DNA of 64,000 bases from Polyangiales bacterium. Lineage in GTDB: Bacteria > Myxococcota_A > Polyangia > Polyangiales > Houyiibacteriaceae. The translations under genes were made by a program, and so were the position numbers. Under the pieces are notes generated by a model, which was not told the origin of the DNA, ran no database searches, and was given only the letters and a program-made list of their open reading frames with translations. Below are positions 36,761-47,566 of this stretch, piece by piece (position 1 is the first letter of the stretch; each line of letters begins with the position of its first letter). The stretch spans positions 1 through 64,000 of the forward strand of contig JBGCFM010000010.1 of assembly GCA_045106895.1 (NCBI GenBank). Direction: 5' to 3'.

Positions 36761-36878
36761 CTGTGAGAAATCACCTCGCGCGCTTTGCGCGTTGCTCGGT
36801 TCACAGCCACGTTATGGTCCGAAATGTCGACCTATCCCATTTGTGTGATAGGAACCGGCGAATCTGGAGGAAAACACA

Positions 36879-37733
36879 ATGAGTCGCTCTCTACTACTTG
36901 GTTTGTTCGTCACCCTCGCGGTGCCTATGGCCGCATCAGCGCAAACCCCTGCTACGCCCACCGACGCCGCCCAATTCGAGCAGTCTGCTTCGACGGAAGC
37001 TCCCGAGGAAGACAAGACCGAGTGGAATATCGCCGCCGGCGGTATCTTCAACAGCGGTAATACGCGCTCCTGGAGCCTGACCGCGGGCACCCAGTTCAAC
37101 CTCGTGCGCGGCCGCCACGGCTTCGCCTTCAAGTTCCTCTTGGCCTACGGCCGAGCAGCGCTTCGCGATGAGACCACAGGCGAGTTCGGTGACACCCTCG
37201 ACGTCGCGCGAAACACCAACACCACGGCTCGCTACGACTTCTACATCACGCCGAACGATGCGCTCTTCATCGCAGCCGCTCATCGTTGGGACACCTTCGC
37301 CGGTCTCGACACTCGATTGCAGGCACAGGTTGGTTACCTTCGAAACTTCATCAACGAAGACAACCATCGTTTCTGGGGCGAGCTCGGTTACGACTTCACC
37401 TTCGACAACTTCGACCCAGACCCACTCATCGATCCCATGACGATGCTGGAACTCGACGGCACCGACTCCGTCCACTCGGCGCGACTCTACGTTGGATACA
37501 AGAACCAGCTCAACGAGCACGTTCTCTTCACCACCGGCCTGGAGGCGCTCCTTGACCTTCAGAACTTCACGGACAACACCCGCCTCAACTTCGACGCTGG
37601 CCTCGCCGTCACCGTCGTCGACAGCCTTCAGCTCGGCATTGGCTTCAAGCTTCTGTACGACCAGGAGCCCGTTCAGGGACGCGAGACCGTCGACACCATC
37701 ACCACTCTCAACCTTCTCTACTCACTGCTCTAA
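36879..37733 (+). CDS. DUF481-like outer-membrane beta-barrel
   Basis: Signal peptide; GNT motif, RYD, D.FAGLD.R, alternating beta-strands; GGAGG Shine-Dalgarno. Confidence 0.85.
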   Translation: MSRSLLLGLFVTLAVPMAASAQTPATPTDAAQFEQSASTEAPEEDKTEWNIAAGGIFNSGNTRSWSLTAGTQFNLVRGRHGFAFKFLLAYGRAALRDETTGEFGDTLDVARNTNTTARYDFYITPNDALFIAAAHRWDTFAGLDTRLQAQVGYLRNFINEDNHRFWGELGYDFTFDNFDPDPLIDPMTMLELDGTDSVHSARLYVGYKNQLNEHVLFTTGLEALLDLQNFTDNTRLNFDAGLAVTVVDSLQLGIGFKLLYDQEPVQGRETVDTITTLNLLYSLL

Positions 37734-37735
37734 TC

Positions 37736-38659
37736 ATGATCAAACAAACACAAAAATGGTTGAGCACCCTCGCTGCTCTCTTCGTCTCCAGCGGCACCGC
37801 GTTCGCGCAAGAAGCGGAGGCAGCATCCGAAGCCGGTGGTGGCGGCTTCGAGTTCACCCCTGAAAAGATGATGGAATACGGCGAGAGCGCTGTTCCTTAC
37901 CTTCTGAAGGCCATCGGTGCCCTCTTCGTCTTCTGGATCGGTCGTCGAATCATCGACAAGATCGTCAAGCTCCTCAACAACGTGATGGAGAAGCGCGGCA
38001 TCGACCCAACGGTCGGTCGCTTCGCCTCCAACATGCTCAGCTACGCGCTCCTCGCGGGCCTTGTCCTCGGTATCCTCGGGTACTTCGGCGTCGACACCAC
38101 GAGCTTCGCGGCTCTCATCGGCGCTATGGGCCTTGCCGTTGGCCTCGCCCTTCAGGGGACCCTTGGAAACTTCGCCGCTGGCGTCATGATCCTCGTCTTC
38201 AAGCCTTTCAAGGTTGGCGACTTCATCACCGCCGGTGGCTCTACCGGCACCGTCGAAGAGCTCGGTATCTTCAGCACTACGATCAAGACCAACGACAACC
38301 AGCAGGTTATCGTCCCCAACGGCAAGATCTTCGGCGACACCATCATCAACGTGGGTCACAACCCCATTCGCCGCGTCGACATCGACGTTGGCTGTGACTA
38401 CAGCGCTGACATCGACGAGTGCCGCGCGACCCTTGAAACGGTCGTCGACCACATCCCCGACATGATCAAGGACCCCGCTCCTCAGATCTTCCTCGCAAGC
38501 CTCGGCGGCTCCTCCGTTGACTGGCAGGTCCGAATCTGGTGCGACACGCCCAAGTACTGGGACGTTCACCAGCAGACCGTTCGCGCCATCAAGAAGGTCC
38601 TCGACGAGAAGGGCATCGGCATCCCGTTCCCACAGATGGATGTTCACCTCGACAAGTAA
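37736..38659 (+). CDS. mscS: Small-conductance mechanosensitive channel
   Basis: GLAVGLALQGTLGNFAAG, PFKVGD.I, VPNG, IPFPQ. Confidence 0.93.
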   Translation: MIKQTQKWLSTLAALFVSSGTAFAQEAEAASEAGGGGFEFTPEKMMEYGESAVPYLLKAIGALFVFWIGRRIIDKIVKLLNNVMEKRGIDPTVGRFASNMLSYALLAGLVLGILGYFGVDTTSFAALIGAMGLAVGLALQGTLGNFAAGVMILVFKPFKVGDFITAGGSTGTVEELGIFSTTIKTNDNQQVIVPNGKIFGDTIINVGHNPIRRVDIDVGCDYSADIDECRATLETVVDHIPDMIKDPAPQIFLASLGGSSVDWQVRIWCDTPKYWDVHQQTVRAIKKVLDEKGIGIPFPQMDVHLDK

Positions 38660-38671
38660 GGATTCGGAACG

Positions 38672-38860
38672 ATGAAAGAAACGATCATTAAGAAGTTGCA
38701 GGAGGTCGTTGGCCTCTCCGAAGAACAGGCCACGAAGGCCGCCGATGTCATCATGGATGTCGTCAGCGGCAAAGACGGCGAGGGCGGCATCGCCTCGAAG
38801 CTCGGCGGAATGGCCAGTGGCCTCGGCGGTATGCTCGGAGGCGACAAAGAGGAGAGCTAG
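38672..38860 (+). CDS. Small protein (DUF2267/DUF2780-like)
   Basis: VGLSEEQA.KA...GGMLGG; followed by terminator. Confidence 0.75.
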   Translation: MKETIIKKLQEVVGLSEEQATKAADVIMDVVSGKDGEGGIASKLGGMASGLGGMLGGDKEES

Positions 38861-38903
38861 GCTCCCGCTTTGCCCTATCTAGGCTTCTTTTTCGGAGCCC
38901 AAT

Positions 38904-38933
38904 CGCCGCAGCATCCCGCTGCGGCGTTTTTTT
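38904..38933 (+). terminator. Rho-independent terminator
   Basis: cgccgcagc-atccc-gctgcggcg followed by T7. Confidence 0.9.
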
Positions 38934-38989
38934 ATGTCGATTTACGTCCCGGATCAGCGGTACTCAGCCCTGGGGAGAAATAGGAAGTC

Positions 38990-40327
38990 ATGCTTCGCGA
39001 ACTAGGAATTATCATCGCCATCGCTGTCGGGGCCACGTTGGTGGCACCGAAACCCGCGCAAGCGGACAGCGGTCGCTTTCACCTCCACCTCGACCTCGGT
39101 CTTGGGGTACCGGTCACGGGCCCGACGAGTCGGCGGAGCACTCACTCCAGCGATCGACCTATGGGTGGTGTTGGCTGGCTTTCGGCGGACTACCAGTTGG
39201 CCCCGCCCGTCGCCATCGAGCTGATCTTCGGATATGGCGGTTTCGGCCGACCCTTCGAACGTTCAAGGACCACAGGAGCGAGCTTCACGCACATTGGAAT
39301 TGGCGCTCGCTTTCGTTTCATCGACGACGACGCGGGCTACAACAACGAGCCCGACGGCAACCTGCTCAGCAACCTCTGGGTCTCCGCCCACATCGGTTTT
39401 ATGAGCTACGACAAATCGCAGTTCGGAGTCGATGCCGCCATCGGCTACGAACTCAGCGTAGTGCGGCCTTTTCAGCTGGGTGTGTTTGCCCGCACCGCCA
39501 TCATGTTCGCCGGCCGCAACGACAGCGCTGACATGATCGTCGTCGCCGGTCTGACTCTGGGGCTTGAGCTTGTGGGCACCCGCGGCGCTACGGACAGCGA
39601 CGGCGACGGACTCCCGGACGCACGCGAGGAAGAACTCGGTACGGACCCCTACGACGAGGACACCGACGGCGACCTGATCTCCGACGGCGTCGAAGATGCC
39701 ACGGGCACCAATCCGATGGAGCGCGACACCGACAACGACGGTCTCAACGACGGCGTCGAAGACTCCAACCAGAACGGAAGTCTCGACGATGGGGAGACAG
39801 ACCCACGACTCACAGACACCGATGGCGGCGGCATGTCCGACCCGGACGAAGTGCGCACTCTGGGTCAAGACCCGCAGTACCCAGGCGATGACGACAGCGA
39901 CAACGACGGCGTCGCCAACAGCTTCGACTCTTGCCCGGGAACGCCTGCGGAGACCGAGGTCAACGGCGTCGGCTGTCCACCGGTTCCGGAGACCTTCACC
40001 CTTGAGGGCGTCCGCTTCCAGAGTTCACGGGCGAACATCCTCGACGAGTCCGAGAGCATCCTCTTGGAAGCACTCGAGACGCTTCGCCGAATGCCCGAAG
40101 ACGCGCGCTTCGAGATCGCCGGGCACACCGACAGTCAGGGCACCACCGCGGCGAACCAGCGCCTCTCCCAGCAGCGTGCAGAAGCTGTCCTTCGCTGGCT
40201 CATTGAGCACGGCCTAGACCGCAGTCGCTTTGAGGCCCGGGGCTATGGCGAGGAGGAGCCCATCGACACCAACGACACAGAAGAAGGTCGCGCTCACAAT
40301 CGGCGCATCGAGTTCCGGCGCCTGTAG
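38990..40327 (+). CDS. OmpA-family protein: beta-barrel + Asp-rich Ca-binding repeats + OmpA C-domain
   Basis: DxDxDG repeats; IAGHTD, N..LS..RA..V, GYGE..P, NRRIEF. Confidence 0.92.
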   Translation: MLRELGIIIAIAVGATLVAPKPAQADSGRFHLHLDLGLGVPVTGPTSRRSTHSSDRPMGGVGWLSADYQLAPPVAIELIFGYGGFGRPFERSRTTGASFTHIGIGARFRFIDDDAGYNNEPDGNLLSNLWVSAHIGFMSYDKSQFGVDAAIGYELSVVRPFQLGVFARTAIMFAGRNDSADMIVVAGLTLGLELVGTRGATDSDGDGLPDAREEELGTDPYDEDTDGDLISDGVEDATGTNPMERDTDNDGLNDGVEDSNQNGSLDDGETDPRLTDTDGGGMSDPDEVRTLGQDPQYPGDDDSDNDGVANSFDSCPGTPAETEVNGVGCPPVPETFTLEGVRFQSSRANILDESESILLEALETLRRMPEDARFEIAGHTDSQGTTAANQRLSQQRAEAVLRWLIEHGLDRSRFEARGYGEEEPIDTNDTEEGRAHNRRIEFRRL

Positions 40328-40438
40328 CGTTCTTCGCTTCGTTCACTTGGCCTACTCGATTGCTTTTGCTTTCGGGTAGGCCTTTTGCGTTCTGGCCTCG
40401 GCTCTCGTGTGTGCGCTCCGCGCCGAAGGCATTCTGGA

Positions 40439-40870
40439 CTACGGGTAGGTCTCGTCGACCTCGCCGGAGAAGCTGTGGATACGCACACGCGGTGGGCCGC
40501 ACCTATGCGTTAGGTACGCCAGAACTGCGTCTTCTTCTCGCAGGTCTAGGATGCCTCGCGACCCATCGAACTCACCGCCGATATCCGTCGCTACCACGAG
40601 CAGGCCCTCTTCGATCGCCCGAACACTTGTCCACGCGGCTTCGTGCGAAGTGAAGTGAGCATGCCACCCGCCGAACCCGACGGAGGGGTCCCCATGGCTC
40701 AGCCAGAGAATGATCGCCAAGAAAGGGTCCTCCGTTGGCGATTCAACCGTGAGCGCCGCGTTCGTCGTCTCGCCGGAGCCCTTTGCTAAAGCGGACAAGT
40801 AGGGGCGCCATTCCGGGCGCCTGGACAGTACGAAATGGAAGAACGCATCTTCTTCGTCCGTGAGAGTCAC
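40439..40870 (-). CDS. Hypothetical protein
   Basis: Globular composition, GGWHAHF; follows the FHA activator on the same strand. Confidence 0.55.
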   Translation of the reverse strand: MTLTDEEDAFFHFVLSRRPEWRPYLSALAKGSGETTNAALTVESPTEDPFLAIILWLSHGDPSVGFGGWHAHFTSHEAAWTSVRAIEEGLLVVATDIGGEFDGSRGILDLREEDAVLAYLTHRCGPPRVRIHSFSGEVDETYP

Positions 40871-40883
40871 GCCTTGATGATCT

Positions 40884-42200
40884 TCAGTCGCGGAGGTTGT
40901 GTCTCTTCAGCAGATGGAAAAGGTGCGAGCGATCCATCTTTGCGCCACGGGCGGCCGCAGCCACGTTGCCACCCGACTCGTCGAGCCAGTGCTTCAAGTA
41001 GCGCTGCTCGAAGAGCATCAGTGCATGGGCCCGAGCGTCTTTGTAGTTCATCGCCAGCGTTGGCGAAAACGGGTCATCTCCGGTTTCGTTTGCGATCTCG
41101 GAGGAGAGCCTTGGAGCCTCGCCCATCGCCAGCGTCGCTTCCACCAGGTTGCGAAGCTCTCGTACGTTTCCGGGCCAGTGATGTCCCGCGAGCCCTTCAA
41201 AGAAGCTCTCATTGAAAAGGGCGATGTCGTCTTGGCTGGGTGCGCCACCACAGAGTTCATCACGAAAGTGAGCGACGAGAGATTCGATGTCCTCACGTCG
41301 CTCCCGCAGTGGAGGAAGCGTGAGGGTAACAACAGCGAGTCGATAGTAGAGGTCGAGACGAAAGCGCCCTTCGTTGACCTCCGCGCGCAGGTCGCGGTTC
41401 GTGGCGGCGATGACACGAACATCCACGGCGACATCGGACTGGCCGCCGACGGGGCGAATGCGTTTTCGCTCGAGGGCGCCGAGAAGAACAGACTGGAGGC
41501 TCGCGGGCAGCTCGCCGAGCTCATCCAAGAACAGAGTGCCACCGTGGGCTCGTTCAAAAGCGCCGGTGTGTTTGCGTTCGGCGCCGGTGAACGCGCCACG
41601 TTCATGGCCGAAGAGCTCGCTTGCGACCAGGTTCGGCGCAATGGCCCCACAGTCCACCGTGACGAAAGGTCCGGAGCTGCGTTTGCCGGCGTCGTGAAGC
41701 GCGCGGGCGACGAGCTCTTTCCCGGTCCCGCTTTCACCGATCACCAAACACGACGCGCCCGAGGCTGCGACGCGACCTGTCAACGCGAGGAGCTGCTGAA
41801 TGGCGCTGCTCTCGCCGACAATTCCGTCGATGGGTGTGACGCCCATGGAGCGCGTCTCGCCGTGTGAGATCGCGATGGTCGTCTGACCTACCTGCACATC
41901 CGCACGCGTCGGCAGGGTTCCTCGACCAATGCGCACTCGGCCCACGCGGGTACCATTTGTCGAGCGGTGGTCCGTGACGTGAATGCCGCCGGGTGTGGCT
42001 TCGAACTCGGCGTGGAAGCGAGAGACGGTCTTGTCCGTCAGCACGAGGTCGTTGCCAACGCCGCTCCCCACGGTGAGGATTGGACCTTCACTTGCAACTC
42101 GTTTGCCTGCATCCGGCCCGGAAACGACCTCCACGCTCAGGGTGCTGAGCTCAAGGTCCCGCGTTAGGGAATCCACCGGCAATGTCGTTTTCTCGTTCAC
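40884..42200 (-). CDS. FHA-domain sigma54 enhancer-binding protein
   Basis: [46 protein letters not shown] at 42200. Confidence 0.92.
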   Translation of the reverse strand: MNEKTTLPVDSLTRDLELSTLSVEVVSGPDAGKRVASEGPILTVGSGVGNDLVLTDKTVSRFHAEFEATPGGIHVTDHRSTNGTRVGRVRIGRGTLPTRADVQVGQTTIAISHGETRSMGVTPIDGIVGESSAIQQLLALTGRVAASGASCLVIGESGTGKELVARALHDAGKRSSGPFVTVDCGAIAPNLVASELFGHERGAFTGAERKHTGAFERAHGGTLFLDELGELPASLQSVLLGALERKRIRPVGGQSDVAVDVRVIAATNRDLRAEVNEGRFRLDLYYRLAVVTLTLPPLRERREDIESLVAHFRDELCGGAPSQDDIALFNESFFEGLAGHHWPGNVRELRNLVEATLAMGEAPRLSSEIANETGDDPFSPTLAMNYKDARAHALMLFEQRYLKHWLDESGGNVAAAARGAKMDRSHLFHLLKRHNLRD

Positions 42201-42309
42201 GGGGTCGACCTTAACATGAAGGCGAGCGCCGAACGACACCCTTGAACGTAGGAATTTGCAGGTTTTCTGGGTCGTGCATCCCAGGTCGATGTGCTCTACG
42301 CTCGCCCTC

Positions 42310-44058
42310 ATGTCGGGCATCTCCAACCCGCGGATCCCTTTTCGCTTCAAGTTGACCCTTCTGGGAGCCGCGCTTGCCACGATTCCTCTGGCTTTCGTCG
42401 GCTGGCGCGTCCTCGACGTGAACAAGCAAGCTGTAAAAGCCAACAGCCACGAGATCCAACTCGCGATCTTGGAAGACATCGCGCGAACCATTGAGGAGAG
42501 CTTCGCCGACGCCCAGGATGCCCTCGACGGTGTCGGCCGGGTCCTTACGGATACTTCTCTTGACGAAGGCTCTACGGAGCGACTCGCAGCGAACATTCTC
42601 TCCAGCCACGCCCGGGTCGACCACGCAGGAATCTATGGACCCGATGGGGGCTTTCTCGACGCACTCGTTGAAGAACGCGCCGAGGGAGTAGAGCTGCCGC
42701 CGCAGTTGGATGACAACACCATCGAAGAAGCGTCTTCGGAAGGCGTCGCGACGGGCGCGGCCCAACTCGTTCTCGGATCGCCGCGTGTGATGATCGTGCT
42801 GCCACTACGCGTGGGCGATCAGGTCAGCGGCTACGTTGCAACCTACCTAAGCCTGGACGCGCTGCAGTCGCGCGTCGAGCGCCTCAACGAGCTGCGCTTC
42901 GAAGGTCGGCCGGACTCTCTCTTCGTCGTCGACAACGAGCGGCGTCTCATCGCGCATCCATCGCACACGGCAGGTTTCCTCGAGCCTATGGACGAACCCG
43001 TGCTCGAAGGGATCGCCGAGCGCGTGCTCACGGAGAACTACCAACAGTCAGGCGAGTTCGAACGCGCCGGCGACGGGATGGTGGGAACGGTCGTCGGTTT
43101 GCGCTTTGTTCCGTGGGCGCTTGTGGCGCAGGTCCCGCAATCCGTTGCCTACGTGTCCCTTTTTCGAATCCGCCAAATCGTACTCATCACGTTGGCCATC
43201 GTTATCTTCCTTTCGCTGATCGCAGCGTTCTATGTGGCACGGCAGATTACGCACCCTATTCGTCAGCTCGCGGCATTTGCGGGGGATCTCGCCGCGCGAC
43301 GTTTCGACCGTCGCATCACCGTTGAGACGCGCGATGAGCTGGGCGTTCTCGGTGATGTAATGAGCGCCGCCGCGGCTGAGCTGCAAGGAAGCGAAGAGCG
43401 AATACGTGAAGAGATTGCGATTCGGAGCGACCTTGGTCGCTATCTGCCCCACGAGCTGGTGGAGAAGGTCGTCGCGCGCGAACAGGATATGGCCCTTGGC
43501 GGTGCACGTCGAAACGTGTCCGTACTCTTCGCCGACGTCGTCGCCTTCACGCCTTTGACGGACCGACTCGCGGCGGAAGAAGTCGTCGGCCTCCTCAACG
43601 AGCTTTTCACGATTATGACGGACATTGTCTTTCGGCACGACGGGACCATCGACAAGTTTATCGGCGATTGCGTGATGGCGGTTTGGGGAGCCGCCGACAC
43701 CGATGATGACCACGCCGCGAAAGCTGTCGCTGCGGCGGACGACATGATGCGCTGGCTCGAAGCCGGAAACTCCGTATGGGAGGAACGTTTCGGCATTCGA
43801 ATCGAGCTGGCCATCGGGATCAACACGGGCGACGCCGTTGTGGGCAACATCGGCAGCGAGTCGCGCATGGAGTACACAGTCATCGGTGACACCGTCAACG
43901 TGGCGGCGCGTCTTGAGAGTATCGCGCGCCCCTCACAGATTCTGATCACCGCGGCTACGGCAAAGGCCATCGACGATGCCTTTGACGTTCGGAGCCTGGG
44001 GATGCGCAAGCTGTCGGGTCGGAAGGAAGAGCTAGAGCTCTTCGAGGTCTCCCCGTGA
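42310..44058 (+). CDS. Class III adenylate/guanylate cyclase with Cache-like sensor and HAMP
   Basis: 2 [35 protein letters not shown]. Confidence 0.95.
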   Translation: MSGISNPRIPFRFKLTLLGAALATIPLAFVGWRVLDVNKQAVKANSHEIQLAILEDIARTIEESFADAQDALDGVGRVLTDTSLDEGSTERLAANILSSHARVDHAGIYGPDGGFLDALVEERAEGVELPPQLDDNTIEEASSEGVATGAAQLVLGSPRVMIVLPLRVGDQVSGYVATYLSLDALQSRVERLNELRFEGRPDSLFVVDNERRLIAHPSHTAGFLEPMDEPVLEGIAERVLTENYQQSGEFERAGDGMVGTVVGLRFVPWALVAQVPQSVAYVSLFRIRQIVLITLAIVIFLSLIAAFYVARQITHPIRQLAAFAGDLAARRFDRRITVETRDELGVLGDVMSAAAAELQGSEERIREEIAIRSDLGRYLPHELVEKVVAREQDMALGGARRNVSVLFADVVAFTPLTDRLAAEEVVGLLNELFTIMTDIVFRHDGTIDKFIGDCVMAVWGAADTDDDHAAKAVAAADDMMRWLEAGNSVWEERFGIRIELAIGINTGDAVVGNIGSESRMEYTVIGDTVNVAARLESIARPSQILITAATAKAIDDAFDVRSLGMRKLSGRKEELELFEVSP

Positions 44059-45353
44059 GCGCCAAGCTTCCCGCCGTCGGCGACGTCATCGCAGGTCGCT
44101 ACAAAGTGCTGGAGCGCATTGGCGAAGGAGGAATGGGCGCCGTCTTTCGGACCGAGCAGGTCGGCCTCGGGCGTGAGGTCGCCGTCAAGATCATCCTCCC
44201 TGAGAAAGCGGGCTCCGAGCGCGCTCGAAAACGGTTCCTTCGCGAGGCGCGTGTCACCGCGTCCGTCAAGCACACCGGCGTCGTTCAGATCCTCGAGTAC
44301 GGCGACGAGGGCGGGCTGCTCTTCATCGCGATGGAGCTTCTGAACGGCCCAACGCTTCGTGACCTCGTCGACTTCGACAAGCCGCCTCTTGGACAATCCA
44401 AAGCGATCTCTTACGCGTTGGAGGTGGCGGAGATCCTCGACGCCACCGCGCGATTGCCGCTCGTCCACCGCGACCTGAAGCCCGAGAACATTCTCTTCGA
44501 CACCAACGTGAGCGGCGAAGAGCGGATCGTTCTCGTCGACTTTGGATTGGCCTTCGCCACCGAAGGGGACGCCACGACCGGTCGTCTCACGCAGGAAGGC
44601 GTTCTGTCCGGAACGCCGGACTATATGTCTCCGGAGCAATGCCGCGCAGACGCTGTCGGCCCGCCCTGCGATGTGTATGCGCTCGGCTGCATCCTCTACG
44701 AGATGCTCACGAGTCAGCCTCCTTTTCGTGGTGAGCCTGCGGTGCTTCTCTCGCGTCATCTATTCGCCCCTCCGAAGTCGATCCGAGTGGCCCATCCAGA
44801 CATCGAGGTTCACGGGTCGCTCGATGAGCTTCTTATGGAGATGCTCGACAAGAATCCGCAGACGCGCCCGACGGCCGCGACCGTCGTCGACCGACTTCGC
44901 CGATTGGACGCTCGCGCACCTGAGCGTATGAGCGGTCGCGCTGAAGGTACCGACCGCCATGGGCGTGCAGCTCGTATGGTGAGCTCGCCCAGTGTTCATC
45001 CGCCGCCGACAAGTCCGCTGACGCGTCTCGGTCGACTGCTGTGGGTGGGGCCGCTAGAAGAAGCCGAGCATCTCGCGCTTTCGGTGGCAGGAGTGCAGGT
45101 ACGTGTCGTCGAAGAGGGCTCCCCAGAGCTGCTGAATTCCGTCGACCCCGTCTTTTTGACCGCACCCACCACGGACCTGGTCGCGTCCTTGTGCACCACG
45201 CACGCCGTGATCGTCGCCGTGTCTTCGGCTGATATCGGGGAGCTGAGCCAAATGCTCCGAGCGGGCGCTTCCGAGGCGGTCCCCAGCGGTTCGGATTCCA
45301 GCGATCTTGTTCGCAAGGTCACCCGCGTGCTCCGCCGCCGTCGTCGCAAGTAA
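44055..45353 (+). CDS. Ser/Thr kinase with degenerate receiver-like C-terminus
   Basis: GEGGMG, VAVK, HRDLKPEN, DFG, GTPDYMSPE; tail MLRAGASEAV...LVRKV..VLRR. Confidence 0.92.
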   Translation: MSAKLPAVGDVIAGRYKVLERIGEGGMGAVFRTEQVGLGREVAVKIILPEKAGSERARKRFLREARVTASVKHTGVVQILEYGDEGGLLFIAMELLNGPTLRDLVDFDKPPLGQSKAISYALEVAEILDATARLPLVHRDLKPENILFDTNVSGEERIVLVDFGLAFATEGDATTGRLTQEGVLSGTPDYMSPEQCRADAVGPPCDVYALGCILYEMLTSQPPFRGEPAVLLSRHLFAPPKSIRVAHPDIEVHGSLDELLMEMLDKNPQTRPTAATVVDRLRRLDARAPERMSGRAEGTDRHGRAARMVSSPSVHPPPTSPLTRLGRLLWVGPLEEAEHLALSVAGVQVRVVEEGSPELLNSVDPVFLTAPTTDLVASLCTTHAVIVAVSSADIGELSQMLRAGASEAVPSGSDSSDLVRKVTRVLRRRRRK

Positions 45354-45467
45354 GAGAAATCTCATTCACCCGTTTGGGGGCTTTGGACTCTTCCAGCCAC
45401 AGGCGAACATCGGTCATGGTCTCGAAAAGCTTTGACCGCGGGGCGCTCTGATCCGACGCTCCCGGAT

Positions 45468-47564
45468 ATGCGTTGGAGAAAAGTCGGCGAGCTCCTCGGC
45501 GGGCGCTACCGCCTGAAGCGATCTCTCGCGCACGATGAGAGTACGGGCACTTACTACAACGCCTACGACGAACGGCTTCGTCGACCCGTCACCGTCAAGT
45601 GTCTTCATGAGAGTCGCAACGAGCGAACCCTGAGACGCTACGAGCGCGAGGCACGCATTCTCGGTGCTCTGAATCACGAGACACTCCTTCAGGTCTACGA
45701 CGTCGTATTGGATGAAGATGATCCGTACCTTGTCATGGAGGGGGTGGATGCGGAGCCGCTCTCGACTTTCCTGAAGGCCCCGATGGAAGTGGACGCTGCC
45801 TGCGACATCGCGGAGTCACTCACCGAAGGCCTCAACCTCGCTCACGCACGCGGGTTCGTTCATCGGCGCATGCTCCCAGACTTTGTGCTCATGAACGAAG
45901 AAGGCGGCGCGAAGCTAATCGGTTTTGGTCGTGCAAGCCTGGGCGGCGGTCATAGCTCATCGACCAGTGATATTCAGGCGGGTCCCAGTCCATTCACGAG
46001 CCCCGAGCTCTTCCTCCGTGATGACCGCGATCCGCGTACGGACCTGTACGGGATCGGTGGCGTTCTCTATTTCCTTTTGACCGGCCAACCGCCCGTCGTC
46101 ATCGAGGGGCCGGGAGTCGCGGAGGCGATCCGCGCCGTGATGCAAGGGCCGCGCACGCCCCTTCGCGAGCATCGCCCCGAGCTGAGTCCTGCCCTCGACG
46201 CGTTCCTTACACGCTGTCTGGCCCTCGAAGTTAACGACCGCCCACAAAGCGCCGTGGATCTGCTCAGCGAGCTGCGCGCAGCACGCGACGCGGCGCCGTC
46301 GGTCGAAACAAGCAACGATACCCCGGCGAGAAGTGACGACGCCCCCGTCCGTCCAGGCGAGAAGCTTGCGGAACGCTACGTCGCAGAATCCGTCATCGGT
46401 CGAGGCTCCCACGGCACCGTCATTCTGGCGCGTGACTTTGAGCTGCAGCGCGATGTCGCCATCAAGTTCATTCAAGGCGGAACGGCGGAGCTCCTCCCGG
46501 AGGCGCGGGCCATGGCCAGGGTCACCCATCCAAATGTTGTGCAGGTGTACGACGTGGGCACCCACCCTCCCTATGCCTACCTCGTGATGGAAAACGTGCC
46601 TGGGCATTCCGTCGAGGACCGTCTCCAGAGCGGTCCTGTCAAGCTCGACGAGGCCATCGCCATCGTCGACCAGGCGGCGCGCGGACTCGAAGCGATTCAC
46701 TCCGCGGGACTTGTTCACGGCGACATCAAGCCCAGCAATATTCTGATCGGGCCGGCCTATCGCGTTTGTCTCGCGGACTTCGGTTTGGTCCGCACTTTTG
46801 CGACGTACGCCGGGGATGAAGGTCTGGGCGGCACACCTGGGTACTTCGCGCCAGAGCGAGTCACTCGAACGATCCGCGAAGAGACGGCTCGAGCCATCGA
46901 TATCTATTCGTTAGGCATTCTCACCTACGAGTTGCTGACGGGTGAGCTTCCCTATCAGGGGAAAACGCCACTCGAGGTACTAGAGCGTCACCGCGCTGCG
47001 CCTCTCCCCGTGCTACCAGCCAGCCTTGGCGTCAGTGCTTTTGACGAAGTGATCTCCTGCGCCCTCGCGAAGTCACCTGACGCGCGGTTCAACAGCGCCA
47101 AAGCGTTTCGTCGCGCGCTCCTCGATGCACACACAAAGCAGGTTCAGGCTCCCCGCTCGGCGGACGTGCTGCTCGTACAGTCCGTGGACCGCTCCCGTGG
47201 CGAAACACGTCAGAGCATCATGCAACAAGTCCAGGGGGCCAATGTGCGCACGGCCTCGGGAGGCTCCGCAGCCCTCGAGAGCATTCGAGACCAGCGCCCC
47301 GACCTCGTCTTGATGGACATGCAGCTCAGCGACATGAACGGCATCGAGTTCGCCGCCACGCTGCGGGCAAACCACGATGTTCCGCCGCCGATCGTCGTGT
47401 TCTCCGCGGTGGGTTCCGCTTCTGACTGGCAGGTTCTCTCGGCGCTCGGGGTGGAGGCGTTCCTCTTGGAGCCCGTCGACCCCGAGATGCTCGCGCTCAC
47501 CGTTCGGCGTGTCTTGGCGCGCGTGAGCACGCGGCCGCCGGCTGCCGCTTCGGCCCCCCGGTAG
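45468..47564 (+). CDS. Tandem pseudokinase-kinase-receiver protein
   Basis: Domain 1 HRRMLPDF/IGFG (degenerate); domain 2 VAIK, HGDIKPSN, DFG, APE; REC DLVLMD. Confidence 0.9.
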   Translation: MRWRKVGELLGGRYRLKRSLAHDESTGTYYNAYDERLRRPVTVKCLHESRNERTLRRYEREARILGALNHETLLQVYDVVLDEDDPYLVMEGVDAEPLSTFLKAPMEVDAACDIAESLTEGLNLAHARGFVHRRMLPDFVLMNEEGGAKLIGFGRASLGGGHSSSTSDIQAGPSPFTSPELFLRDDRDPRTDLYGIGGVLYFLLTGQPPVVIEGPGVAEAIRAVMQGPRTPLREHRPELSPALDAFLTRCLALEVNDRPQSAVDLLSELRAARDAAPSVETSNDTPARSDDAPVRPGEKLAERYVAESVIGRGSHGTVILARDFELQRDVAIKFIQGGTAELLPEARAMARVTHPNVVQVYDVGTHPPYAYLVMENVPGHSVEDRLQSGPVKLDEAIAIVDQAARGLEAIHSAGLVHGDIKPSNILIGPAYRVCLADFGLVRTFATYAGDEGLGGTPGYFAPERVTRTIREETARAIDIYSLGILTYELLTGELPYQGKTPLEVLERHRAAPLPVLPASLGVSAFDEVISCALAKSPDARFNSAKAFRRALLDAHTKQVQAPRSADVLLVQSVDRSRGETRQSIMQQVQGANVRTASGGSAALESIRDQRPDLVLMDMQLSDMNGIEFAATLRANHDVPPPIVVFSAVGSASDWQVLSALGVEAFLLEPVDPEMLALTVRRVLARVSTRPPAAASAPR

Positions 47565-47566
47565 CG

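Noticed and set aside
40328..40438. Hairpin ggcctactcga...tcgggtaggcc as an sRNA or REP element
   Set aside because: Single imperfect hairpin between convergent genes with no second copy seen; most simply a terminator.
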